From the human T2T-CHM13v2.0 reference genome, Homo sapiens: a stretch of DNA of 64,000 nt. The stretch lies in the NCBI RefSeq assembly GCF_009914755.1, contig NC_060935.1; one strand, given 5' to 3'. Below, piece by piece: positions 42,898-55,512 of the stretch (the first letter of the stretch is position 1; every line of letters begins with the position of its first letter). A program made the translations under genes and the position numbers. The notes beneath the pieces are model-generated. The model was not told where the DNA came from. It searched no databases and saw nothing but the letters and a program-made list of their open reading frames with translations.

Positions 42898-45444
42898 CAG
42901 TGACTTTTCAAGGGAATGATGCTTCCTCCTAGTGGGGGGCATTTTGGAAACATGTACGAGTGTTTCTGCATGTCACAAAGGTTGGAAAGACACTATTGGT
43001 TTTTAGTGATCAGGTGCAATGGATGTGAGAAGTCTCTGAAAAATAATTCAAGTGATTACAAAATGTGTTAAATCATATGATTTTGTATAAAAACTTGTCA
43101 TACCAGCTTCAAAAGAGATTAGTGCAATAATGAAAAAATTTCAATAAATTATCTTTTCTATGCCATTGAACAATGGTGAAATTTCAAGAAAAATAAATGA
43201 TTTGGTAAAAGTTGCCAAAAGCAACTGAAAATGAGTTGCAATCAACTGAGTTTTCATTTCAATAGGATGAACATGTTCTGTGGAATAACAGTCTTACTAT
43301 ACACATATGTTGATTCTTTCCAGTGAAATGAAGAAGTTACTGAGATAATGCTATTTTCAAAATTACTGGAAATGAATACAAAAGAGTCATCAAAAATTAG
43401 ATGCTTGAAACCACTATAATTGCTTCAGAGAAAAAAATCTTTTTCTAATGCCTTTACATTAGAAAACCTTGGAATGTCATCAACATTTAGCAATGTGCAT
43501 GTATAGTCAACTTTTTTAAAGTAGCACTAAGTTCTTTAGAAATTCATCATATTGTTCTTTGGCCACATTTGGTCACCAAGTATCTTGGTAGAAAGCTCCA
43601 CAAATCACTGAGTGCTGTTCAGTGCTATTAATACAATTAAGAGTTATCTCCGAAACTATGCAATAACAATGAAGAAGAGTTTGAATGTTCCATCCTAAAC
43701 AGAGAAGATGATGGCTTTTTAAAGGAAACTATTTAAAAATATTTTGTTTGCCATTTGATACTATTAAGTTTTCATTCAAACAGTGAAAAATTAAATATTA
43801 AAAATTGAAATAGTATGACATGATATACACCTTTCATATATATTTGAAAAGCTAATAAGGGTCTTATTAAGATGCAAAGATCAAATCAATATCAAAAAGT
43901 GATGAGAATTATTATGAGACTTAAGCATAGACATTATTACTTTGGACAGAGAGCATTTTCGAGTTTCTATTTTTACAGCAGCTAGATAAGAATACCTTTA
44001 AAGAAACATATTTGAAAATATATTGCTCTTGCAATGGACTGCATGTTTGTGTTCCTCCACAACTCATATGAAATCTTAACTCCCAATGTGATAGTATTAG
44101 CAAGGGGAGCCTTTGGGAGGTGATTAGGCCATGAGCATGGAACCCTCATGAATGGGATTAGTACCCTTATAAGAAGCACCCCAGAGAATTCTCATACTCT
44201 TTTTCTACCATGTGAGGACACGAACAGAAGAGAGCAGTCTGCAATCCAGAAGAAGACCCTCACCAAATTCTGCTGTGCTGGCACTCCGATCTCTTCCACC
44301 CTCCAGGACTGTGAGTAATACATTTCTATTGTTTATAAGCCCCTCAATCTGTGGTACTTCATTATAGCAGCCTGAAGGGACTAAGGCAGCTCTCACATGG
44401 ATGTTTTTATGAAAGATCATTATTTACTCTGTCACCTAATGACAGATATAGTCTCTCCTACTATATAGGGACCCAGCCAGTATAAATATATGCACATTCA
44501 AATTGAGTGATATAAGGAATATCCAATAAATAAATAATTTTCTAAGACATCATTAGGGAGTAGAGAAACCACAAATGGTGATGTATACACTGACACTAAT
44601 AAAACTAGGGCACCGGATAACTAACTCCACAATCATTGTAGTCATATTTGTTGACTTAGTGACTAAATTCTACAGACAACTGACAGCCAATGACTTGCCC
44701 TCCGACCCATGCCAACACCAAGGACCACTGAAGTAAGCTTGGTATCACCACATAACATGTCTTACTTGTGCCTTATTTCTCCCAATCAGGAAGATTTTCC
44801 CTGCTCCTTAATTATATGAGCAATCCACTCCCACTTTGAGAGTTTCTTTCATGGAGCCATTGTGAATACCGAGTACTATATTACTCAGCGCTCCAGTGAG
44901 AAATAAATGGCACACTCAGATTGGGTGACTTAAGGAGAATTTAGAGGGACTGTTTGTAAAGGTTTAGGCAAGAGGCAAGAGGGAGAGAATACTAAGAAAC
45001 TTGCATCCAAGGCCTGAAGTGGGTGGAGTAAAAGAAGGCTGAGCTCACTTACCAGACTAGCAAATATCCATCGGTTTCCACTTTAAAATCTGTAATTAGT
45101 TTCTACCTATTATTTCCTTTTATCTTTTTTCTTATGTATAAATAAATCTGGCCAAGTATTAACTCTAGTTTTTAACCTTCTTTTGTATCTATAGTCTTCA
45201 ATTTTCCCACTTTGGTATATTCTCTGATCATTTTATTCCCTTAAATTCACATTTATATTTTATAAATAGGTGAAAGCATCTGACTACTTCATTATAATTT
45301 CGATCTGCCTAAATATTGAAATTGGTATTTTTTTAAATAGATATTTTTAATATATAATTATATATGTATATAATTTTCATTTGGGGGCTAAAGGCTTATC
45401 CATTATAAGAGATATCATTGGTCTGACAGTGTTGAGATTCATTG
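42898..45444 (+). mobile_element. Decayed Charlie-family (hAT) transposon with MER20B-like ends and a transposase remnant
   Basis: Left end cagtga.ttttcaa...ctagtgggggcattttggaaa; ~43080-43970 translates in pieces to LVIPASKEI, MPLNNGEISRKIND, FSFQ*DE; right end gcatctgactacttcattat...ggtctgacagtgttgaga.tcattg. Confidence 0.7.
44030..44388 (+). mobile_element. MLT1A-like solo LTR nested in the Charlie element
   Basis: tgcaatggactg..gtttgtg...ttatagcagcctgaa.ggactaaggca; perfect TSD GCTCT (44025-44029, 44389-44393). Confidence 0.9.
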
Positions 45445-46869
45445 TTATGATCTCATTAGTCAGGTACAATATGGCTACAAAATTGAGATGATTATGAAAA
45501 TGTAGACATTTTTCAATTATGGGGAAAATAGTCTAGGTAGTGGTGTATTTATTAAATTTTCCTAGTATGGACATTCATTTCTTCTATTCTTGGACTTTTT
45601 ATTAGTCTACATTCAATTGAAATGAACAATTGTGTTGAATAGACCTTTGAAAGCCAACAAATTAAGAAACTCTTAGGACTAAGAACAGAGTTTAACAGCT
45701 CTAAAATTTAGTGAATCAGAATGTAATAGTAAAGGAAGATTGTCTTTACAATAATGACAGAAATATAAATACCAAGAAATAAATTTTAAAAGAAATATGC
45801 ATCACCTATATCACAGAAACCGCGGAACTTAATGGAGGGACCTAAAACAGAACCTGAAGAGATGAAAAGTTGAAATGTGTTCCTTAATGACAAGTCTCAG
45901 TGTAATATACCTGACAATATATTATGTCCTATCAAACTCACTTATAAGAATAATACAAATCAATTACTACTTTAAGTACAGAGCTGGGAAAACCATATAA
46001 AAAATCACACACATACACAGAATCGGAAGTTTCTTTAAAACATAAAAATAAGGAAAACAAATTGCACTGCTAGATATTTATCACTGATACTTTTAGATAC
46101 TATATGCCATTTTCTATAATTAGTAGAGGCTGACTATAAAGTTCATGTTTGTATTCACTCTGGTCTACAACTGCTCCTTTAAAAGTGGAGAAGAGGCTTA
46201 GAAATAATTAAACATACAACAATAGGCAATTATGTAAATAATTTTAGTAAATTTACAAGATGAAATCCTGTGAATCACTGAAAATGTACATTTTGAAAGA
46301 ATATTTAATATGGGAAATATAGCGTAAATCAATGATAAAAAGTACAAATAGTAAACTATATGTCCAACATGATCCTATCTATAAATAAAAATATATATGA
46401 CCACAAAAGACTAGAAGGTACCGTATTAAATTATTAATAGTAATGTTATCTCAAAGTAGATTTACTTTTTTTGTTTAATCTTTTTGAAAACTTATTTTTC
46501 CCATCAGAAAAACTTTTAAAACCTATTTTAATCATTATGTGGGCGCTGTAATTATGTTGAGTAAAAGCCCTCTTAACGCGCCCTCCATTTCTTCTCTAAA
46601 CCTCTTCTGATTCCCGTCCATGCTGAGGGCTTGCAGTTAGGATGATGCTCTCCAAGTCATTCCAGCACTAATGCTCCAACAGTTAAATCATGTTTATCAA
46701 GGGCCTATTATTGTTTCCCAAGCCTGTTTATGCCAGCTACACTTATTATTGTTATTCTGTAATTTAATTAACTAGCATGAAAATAGATGGAATAGGAGCA
46801 GGGAAACAGATGTTGTTTCTAAGAACCAAGTTAAAGATTAGAAAAGACTCCATAAAGTCCAGTCAGTTA

Positions 46870-47118
46870 AAAAGAAAGAAAGAGAGAGATAGGAGACAGA
46901 CACAGAAAGACAAAGATAGTGAGAAGAATGAGAGAGTAGGGAGGAGAGGGGAGGAAGAGAAGGAGAGGAAGTATAAGAGGAAGAGGAGGAAAAAGAAGAG
47001 AGAGGAAAGGGAGGGAAATAGGAAGAGGGGAGGCAAGGAGGGAGGGAAAGAAAGAGAGAGACAAAGAGGAAAAGAAGGAAGAGAATAAGGAGGAAGGGAG
47101 GGAGGGAGGGAGGAAGGA
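46870..47118. repeat. Polypurine (GA-rich) low-complexity tract ending in GGGAGGGAGGGAGGG
   Basis: Read directly. Confidence 0.9.
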
Positions 47119-49120
47119 TTGCCTATATGTTTGCTGGACTAAAAATTATTTAAATTGGAAGAAATGATAAAAATCTAGAAAGATTCAGGACTCAAATTAC
47201 TTTGCAAGTGTATTTAAGTTCCCTAATAACCTAAAGAAATTGATGCTAGAATAGTAAATGCTGTACTGTCAGTGTGATTTATGAAAAAAAAAAAAAAAAA
47301 AAAGCATAGGTAACCTAATCAATGGGCACACACCAAAAGATATGACCTGGATCCTACACCAAAAGATGGCGAAAAATGTCTATTTAGGGTTTTAATTTAA
47401 AACAAAATATTTAAAATCTGTGAGTAGTTTTTTCTCTGAGTCCCCTAATCAAACTTTTCATTTAATCGTCTACCAATACTGAAAGAGTAATAGGACCGTG
47501 ATCATGCTGTGGTATTGTTAGAGTTTTAGATTTGATCTGCATTGCGGCAGAGTAGAAAGAACACAGGATGGGGGTCTTGCGATCTAAATTATAATACTCA
47601 GTTGCTAACTAGCTATGGACTTCTGCACAAGTCTCTTAACCTCTCCACTTTAATTTCCTTATTTGTAAATAAGAACATTTGGCTAGAAAATTGGCTCAAA
47701 AGTCATTTGTACTTTTCATAACAATCTCTTATTTGTGAATAAACATTTATAAAGTAACCACTAAGCTTACAACAGTAGAAAACGGCCCTTTTTTGGAGAA
47801 CATAGGGAAAAAATGGCGTATAAATTTAGCTCTATCTAAATTTTTTTCCAGAGAAGAAAGGCAGAAAATCACTCTTATAAACTTGAAAAAATATAAATTT
47901 ATATATTTAGTATTTAAAATCATTGTTAAGATTTTGAGAAACTATCAAGTTAAATCTGGTCTGCAACTATTTTATTGTTAAAGAACTTAACACAACTGAA
48001 CTACAAGTCTAGATCTATTATCCTGGTAAAAGCCTGGTCTCCTGGAAAAGTTACCTAATCATAACTTGCCAAGAAAACATCTCTTTTGTCATTTACTCCC
48101 TACCCAACCCTATCCGAGGGCATGAATTAAACCAGTAATATTCTGAACAATTGAAGAGTAGGCAGAAACATGTTCCATAAATTAACAGTTAATAGTTATA
48201 ATCTTGGCAAGGAAACTGCAATGCCTGTAGTGACCTCTCTGTTCACAGGCCCACTGGCCACAAATTGTCCAGAGAACTGCAATTAAAATTCCTGGTTTGT
48301 TTTTAAGGCCTCTACATCCTGCTGAATTGCATATTCACAAACAGATCACAAACAGAAGATTTCAAACATTCACCCTAAATTAGTTCCTATGTCCTAGGGG
48401 AAAAAATGCCCCAAATATCTCAATAACCAAATTGTGTTTTATATAAAAATCCAATAAAAAGGAAGTCACTCAACCAGCTGATTACTAACTCTATTCAGAG
48501 CTAAGTTTAGCCTTTAAACTGAAAGGGCAAAGAAAAACACGTTGCAAGTAAAATCAGTTCCATTTTCAGTAAGTTCAGCTTATCCAAATCCTTAAGATAA
48601 AAACCAATAAAAATATGACAAAGAGGCAGAAACGACATATATTTCATTTTAATACTTAACTTTTTGATTCTCATATAACATCTTTCGTACTCTGTATTTT
48701 GAGAGATGACAGCCACAAGGGAAATGACCTAGGAACCTAAAGTGAGGATTTGAGCCAAGTTCCTTATTTTTTGGATGTGTTACTTTGAATAAATCACTTA
48801 ACCTATCAGAATTCTAAGAAAACTGGGATTATAGTACATATTTCACATGTATTATGGCATGATTCAAGGAATCATATGAAAAATATGTGTTTTGTAAACT
48901 CTAAATTCTGTAAATTATTTTTGTGCTTCAACTTAAGAATTCCACTATGCATATTGCTTATATTCTTTACAAGAGTATAACTTTCATAGTATCTTACACA
49001 TCTTCGTATCTTTCAGAAAAGAAACTTCATTTCTTTAGGTATTCATGTGCTTATTTATTAACATCATGAATACTATGAATCTGCTGTTTCAGAGAAGAAC
49101 TGGAACATCAACAATTACTG

Positions 49121-49395
49121 CACTATAATCTGAGCACTTTGGTAGGCCAAGGTGTGAGGACTGTTTGAGGCCAGGAGTTCAAGACCAGCCTGGGCAACAT
49201 AGTGAGACCCCATTTCTACAAAAAATTAAAATATAGCTGGGCATGGTGGGGCACACCTGTAATCCCAGCTACTCGGAAGGCTGAGGTTGAAGGGACCACT
49301 TGAACCCAGGAGTTTGAGGTTACAGTGAGCTAGGATCATGCCACTGCACTCCAGCCTGAGCGATAGAGTAAGATCCTGTCTTAAAAAAAAAAAAA
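49121..49395 (+). mobile_element. AluJ, slightly 5'-truncated
   Basis: ttgaggccaggagttcaagaccagcctgggcaacatagtgagacccc; cccaggagtttgagg. Confidence 0.9.
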
Positions 49396-49513
49396 GGCAA
49401 TTATTACATCTGTGCATCTGCCATCTGCCTCCTCCCCATCTCATCTGAGCATCTCACCATTTCATCATCCCCTGCTGCTCCCTTCTCAAGCTTTTTTTTA
49501 ATTCTTAATATCA

Positions 49514-49756
<243 letters not shown>

Positions 49757-50269
49757 TTATTATATCACAACCAGCTGTAAATAGGAAGTAGGGCTCTACT
49801 TGAATCAGCATGATACTCAAGGGTACTGTGGAAAGTCAAGAGACTTGGGATAATCCCAGTTCTTGAGACTGAAAAAAATATATTTCAACTATGCTTTGTG
49901 AAACAATGAACAGCTTACTAATTTAATGAAAGTATATTCTACTACATGCAATCTTCTGACACTTGCTCAGAGAGCTACAGGACTGATTTTGAAGCTGTGG
50001 TAATTAAAATAGCATAGGAAGAGCAAAATTGACCAATAGTGGAATAGCGAGCTACAGCAGACCTATGTAAAAATAAATTTTAGCTTCTTCATTTATAAAA
50101 TAAGTGTTTTAACTGGGTAATCTCTGAGCTCCCAACAGATGAAGTAATCAGCCTAAGGTTAAACACATACTGAAACGCCCATTTATGAGATTCACGCTTT
50201 GCATTTGCCATAATTTTTATCATAAAAATATATGTGATTTCCAAGGTCTATTTTGTTGTGGCAGAGGTT

Positions 50270-52085
50270 ATTTTAACATCTGTATTGAGATGCAATTTAT
50301 ATATCATGCAATTCACCCATTGCAAATTTAGAGTTCAATCATTTTTAGTAAATTCATAGAATTGTGCAATCTTGTACCTCAATGCACTTTAGAACATTTC
50401 ATCACACATCCCCATAAAGGTTCCCTTGGGCTTGTTTGCAGTTAATCCCCATTGCCACTCTTAGGTAACCATTGATTTGATTTCTATCTCTATAGATGTG
50501 AATTTTCTAGAAATACCATATAAATGGAATCACAGTACATAGACTTTTGTGTCTGGCTTTTTCACATAGCATAATATTTTTGAGGTTTTTCCATGTGGTA
50601 GCATTTATCAGTAGTGTGATCTTTTTTATTTCTAAGTTACATGCCACTGCATAGATGTAACATATTCTATTCACCAGTTGATAGACATTGGGTGTTTCCA
50701 GTTTGGAGCTTGGAGGAATCATGTGCTATTAACATAGTATATGAGTCTTTGGAGGGACTTATGTTTTTATTTCTTTTGTGCAGATACCTTGGAGTGGAAT
50801 TCCTAAGTTATATGGTAAACTTATGTTTAACATTTTAAAGAAACTGCCAACTGTTTCCAAACATGGCTGCACAATTACATTTTCCCAGTATTGTATAAAG
50901 GGTTCCAGTTGTCAGTTGTGTTCATTTTAAGTGTAGCCACTGTAGTTGATATGAAGATGTACTTCATTATGGTCTTAATTTACATTTCTCCAATGACTAA
51001 CGATGTTAAGCATCTTCTGAGTTTGTTAGTCATATCTCCTTTGTAAAATGTCTGTTCACATTTTTTGCCTACTAAAACAAAACTTATTTAATTGGGTCGC
51101 TTGTCTTTTTATTCAATTGTAAAAGTTCTTTATATATTATGGGTACAAGTATCAGTTATATCATTTGCAAATATATTCACCCAGTTTTTGGCTTTTCTGT
51201 TTTTAATGTTCTTAATGGTGTCTTTTAAAGAGCAAAAGGTTTTCGTTTGGATGAGATACAATTTATCAATTGCTTGCTATTATGAATCATGCTTTTGGTG
51301 TCATATCGAAGAAATCTTTGCTTATTCCAAGATCACAAAGATCTTCTCCTATGTTTTCTTGTGGAGTTTTTATTGTTTTCACTTTCACATTTGAGTCTAT
51401 AATCAATTTTGAGTTATTTTTGTATATGACGTGAGGAAAGGTGCTAAGTTTTTTTTAACACGTGAATACCCAATTCTTTAAGTACAGTTTTTTGAAAAGA
51501 TTATTATATCTCCATTGAATTTCCTTGGCAACTTTGTTGAAAATCAATTGGCCATAAATGTAAATGCTGATTTCTGGACTTTGTATTCCATTCTATTGAC
51601 ATAAAGGTGTAACCTGATGCCCATACCACATGTCTTGATGTCTGTAGTTGTATACAGTAAGTCTTCCAACTCTTCGTTTCCATATTGTTTTAGCTAATCT
51701 AGTTCTTCGAATTTTCATATAAATTTTAAAATCCACTTGTAAATTTCTACCAAAAATAAATAAATAATCCTACTAGGATTTTGATAAGGATTGTGTCAAA
51801 TCTACAGATCAATTTCAAAGACTTGCCATATTCAAAATATATCTTTCAATCCATTAACATGAAATGTCTCTATTTATTTAACTCTTCCCTAATTCCTCCC
51901 AGCCATATTTTGTAGTTTTCAGTATAGAGGTCTTCCCTTTCTTCTGTTATATTTATTCATAAGTATTTTATTCTTTTTGATGCTATTGTGCATAAAATTT
52001 TTTTCTTAATTTCTTTTTGAGATTTTTTCATTGCCAGCATATAGAAATGCAATTTTTCTTTGTATATTTATCTTGCATCCTCAGT
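50270..52085 (-). mobile_element. Old L1M (L1MB/ME-like) 3' portion
   Basis: tattgagat..aattt...aattcacccatt; taaatggaatca.cagta; aagaaactgccaa; ORF2 3' antisense sequence. Confidence 0.85.
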
Positions 52086-53229
52086 CTGTTTTGATGCATT
52101 ACATGGTTCTATTTAATTTATACTTTATCTCATTATTTTTGTATTTATTTTGCTGCCAGTTTTTGCCACAGATTTGTCATATAACCACACTTTGTTTTAT
52201 TAGAACTAAGTTAATGGACTTCCATACAATCATACAATATTTTAATATATTATGCTTTTAGACAAATGTATGCTTCTTAGTGGCTTTCTCCTTGCTTTCT
52301 CCAAGAAGTTCACTTGAAATTATGTGGAAAAAACATAAAAGTGTATTCCTGTTCTTTGACATTAGATATCATTATAAAACTTAAATATATACCTGCCGTA
52401 TTGTCAAAGCACACTGTGTTCTAATTTAATATAGTATGCATTTGTTCTGATAACCTATTTGTTTTTCTCTAGTGTTTAAACTGATATCAAACTCAATAAA
52501 TCAGTTTAATTTAGGAGTTACAGTCAGACATGCCATGTCAGTCAATACATATACAAATTTGACGTGATGTACTCAATGATAGTATAGTTCAGCATTTTCC
52601 AAACTGCACTCAACAGAATGTTTTTGTTATGAAAAAAGAACCTCTTAAACAAGCTTGAAAAAATTATAGGATAGCAAAGTTAAATGGCTTTTGTTTCTGA
52701 GAGTCTTCTCAAAGCATTTAATTTGCTACTACATATCATAACTCTTGAGAGAAAAATATATTTCCTCTTGCCATAGGCAATTTCAAAATTCAGCAAAAGT
52801 TTTTAGGCAAAAAGTAGTTAGACATTAGAGTCCCCGCAATACTCAGTTTTGTGTCTTCAACTCCCACAATATATTTTGATTTAAAATATTTACAGATTTC
52901 TCTGCACCTAGTAGCAGTTCTCTTCCCAAAGTCCAGGTTCTTAGTTTCTTGCCATATATCACAAATCAGTTTAAAAAAGAAAAGGAATAAAACATCTACA
53001 AAACATCAGCTTACCTCTCTATGGCTCTCCCCTCATTGAACTTGTGCCCTCCAGCCCTCATGGCTTTAGCAGCAATCTAGTTTTGTAATTTTTAAAAGTT
53101 TATTCATCTTTCCCAAGTGTTTTCATCAAAAACATTGGAATATTACAAGCTGTTGCATCCTACTCAGAATTGGAAATCTGTTCATGAATTTTTAGCCAAA
53201 GCAAATAAGAAAGTAAGACCAGTAGATAC

Positions 53230-54500
53230 TGAAAACTAGTAGAAAACACTTAATTTCCAACGGTATTAATACATTTAAAAGTCAATAGATTTAACTGGAA
53301 AACAATTATAAATAATATCAGTATTCAGTATATTGGCCAGTTAGAAATTATCATCACTAGCTAGTAAGAAATCGTAAAGGAACTAAGTCAATTAATAACA
53401 CCAAAACAACAATGAAAAAGTCAATGTATCGTGTATGTAATGATTAGAAATGTCTTAACAAGACACATATAAAACCTTTATGAAGAAAATTATAAAGCCT
53501 CACTAAAAGAGGTAAGGTGGTAAATGATCAAGTAAGCTAATGAACTTTCTGATAGAAAGAGTAATAATAGGCAAATTGCATTATCAAATGTTAAAATACA
53601 TTTAAGTATAATGTAATTTAATCAGATATTACTAGGCTACATATGTAACTAAGAATCACACCTAAGTATATAGAGAACTTAAATGTATGAAAAGGGTGGT
53701 AAAATTAGTGAGTAAAACAGATTCTCCATGAATGTTGCTGAGCCTCTCCATCTTGAACTTGGTACCTCAAAATACAAGTGGATTCAGATGTGAACAGATG
53801 TTTCACGTGAGAAAAAACAGATATGGACAGATGTTTCTATATATAAAAATAATTATATAGTTAATATTTTTATCAGTTATCAACACTTATAAATTGAATA
53901 AATAAGATACCACTTATCACCCATCAAATTAGCAAAATTAAACATACACACAATATTTCACATGCATGAGTACGTGTGTGTGTGTGTGTGTAATATCCAG
54001 GTAAGAATTTGGGGAAGTTAAACAGGTTATAAAAATTTATATAACCTATTTAAAAGGAATTTACACATCAAGGGCCATATAAAAATCCTCCTAATTATCT
54101 TGGGGAAAGGACTAATTATTGTGACCATTGCATGCAGTTCTGTTTTTTATATACTTATGACATATTAGAAAACAATATCTAAAAAAAAAATTTTAATTTT
54201 TTGACATTAACAAACTGCCTAGTTCAGGGCTATATTCTCAGTGCCTAGTACCTGACACATTATAAGGGCTTAATAAATATTTTTGAATAAATGAATTAAG
54301 GGTCCCTCATGAAAAAGATGTGAAAAGATTCACATCTTTTTAATAAAATATTACACAGATATTTAGGATAATAACTCTAAAAACAGAATGTCAAAACATG
54401 AATATATGTGGTAATAAATAAATAGGATATAAATTTTATGTAGATTTTATGTATATTATGGTTAAACTAAGTAACACATATGCATATAAAAATAGCAGAA
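53230..54500 (+). mobile_element. Scattered L1ME fragments
   Basis: aaaacctttatgaagaaaattataaa; agataccacttatcacccatcaaattagcaaaatt. Confidence 0.5.
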
Positions 54501-54856
54501 GAAACTATATTAAGATAAGTCCAACTGTGAGAAGATGATGGTGAGCTATTAATCATGAAATGCTGGAGAAGTCATAACCCAAACAGGCCTAATTTTCCTT
54601 ACCTGTTACATGCATATGACTTTATAGGGAGAGGTAAGTAAGATAAAACCATTTTACAAATTAAAAAGACCTTCATAAATGTTAAGTAGTAATTATCACG
54701 ATTCACCACAAATTATGATCTTCCCTGATTACTGGTATTTATATGTTGTAAATTAGTGACTATTTCCTCTTTGGCTTAATGATTTCCCTGGAAAAATACG
54801 AGCGAACATTTATACATTTATAAGAAAGAAAAGGAAGATTTTATACCCACACACAT

Positions 54857-54899
54857 GAGAGAGACAGAGAGAGACTGAGAGAGACAGAGAGAGAGAGAG
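54857..54899. repeat. Imperfect (GA)n microsatellite
   Basis: Read directly. Confidence 0.9.
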
Positions 54900-55473
54900 G
54901 TGTCATACAATGACCTTTGGTCTGCAACAGACCACACATACAGTGGTAGTCCGAGATCATAACAGGGCTGAAAAATTCCCATTGCCCAGCAATGTCATAG
55001 CCATCATAATGTCACAGTGCAATTACTTTAAAAAAAATTAATTTACTGTAGCCTAAGTATACGTTGTTTATAAAGTCTACAGCAGTGTACGGTAATGTCC
55101 TAGGCCTTCACAATTCACTCACTACTCACTCCTGCAACTTGCACTCCTGCAAGCTTCATTTATGGTAAGTGCCCTTTACAGGTGTAGCATTTTTCATCTT
55201 TTATACTGTATTTTTACTGTTCCTTTTCTATGTTTATATATGCTTAAACAAATACTTGCCATTGTGTTACAGTTGCCTACAGTATTTAGTATAGTAACAG
55301 GCTGTAAAAGTTTGTAGTCTAGGAGCAATAGGTTATATCCTATATTCTAGGTGTGTAGCAGGCTATACCATGTAGGTTTGTGTAAGAACACTCTATGATT
55401 TTCATACAATGACAAAATCACCTAACACCACATTTCTCAGAACATACCCCCATCATTAAAAGACACAAGACTG
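54900..55473. mobile_element. Tigger3-family (Tc1/mariner) non-autonomous element
   Basis: gctgaaaaattcc.attgcc; tgtagcctaagt...taaagtctacag; cattgtgttacagttgcctacagtatt; end catttctcagaac.ta.cccc.tc.ttaa..gacac..gactg. Confidence 0.85.
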
Positions 55474-55475
55474 TG

Positions 55476-55478
<3 letters not shown>

Positions 55479-55511
<33 letters not shown>
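55479..55511. repeat. (GT)16 microsatellite
   Basis: Read directly. Confidence 0.95.

Positions 55512-55512
<1 letters not shown>

Noticed and set aside
46777-47088. 103-aa K/R/E-rich ORF
   Set aside because: Artefact of a stop-poor polypurine tract
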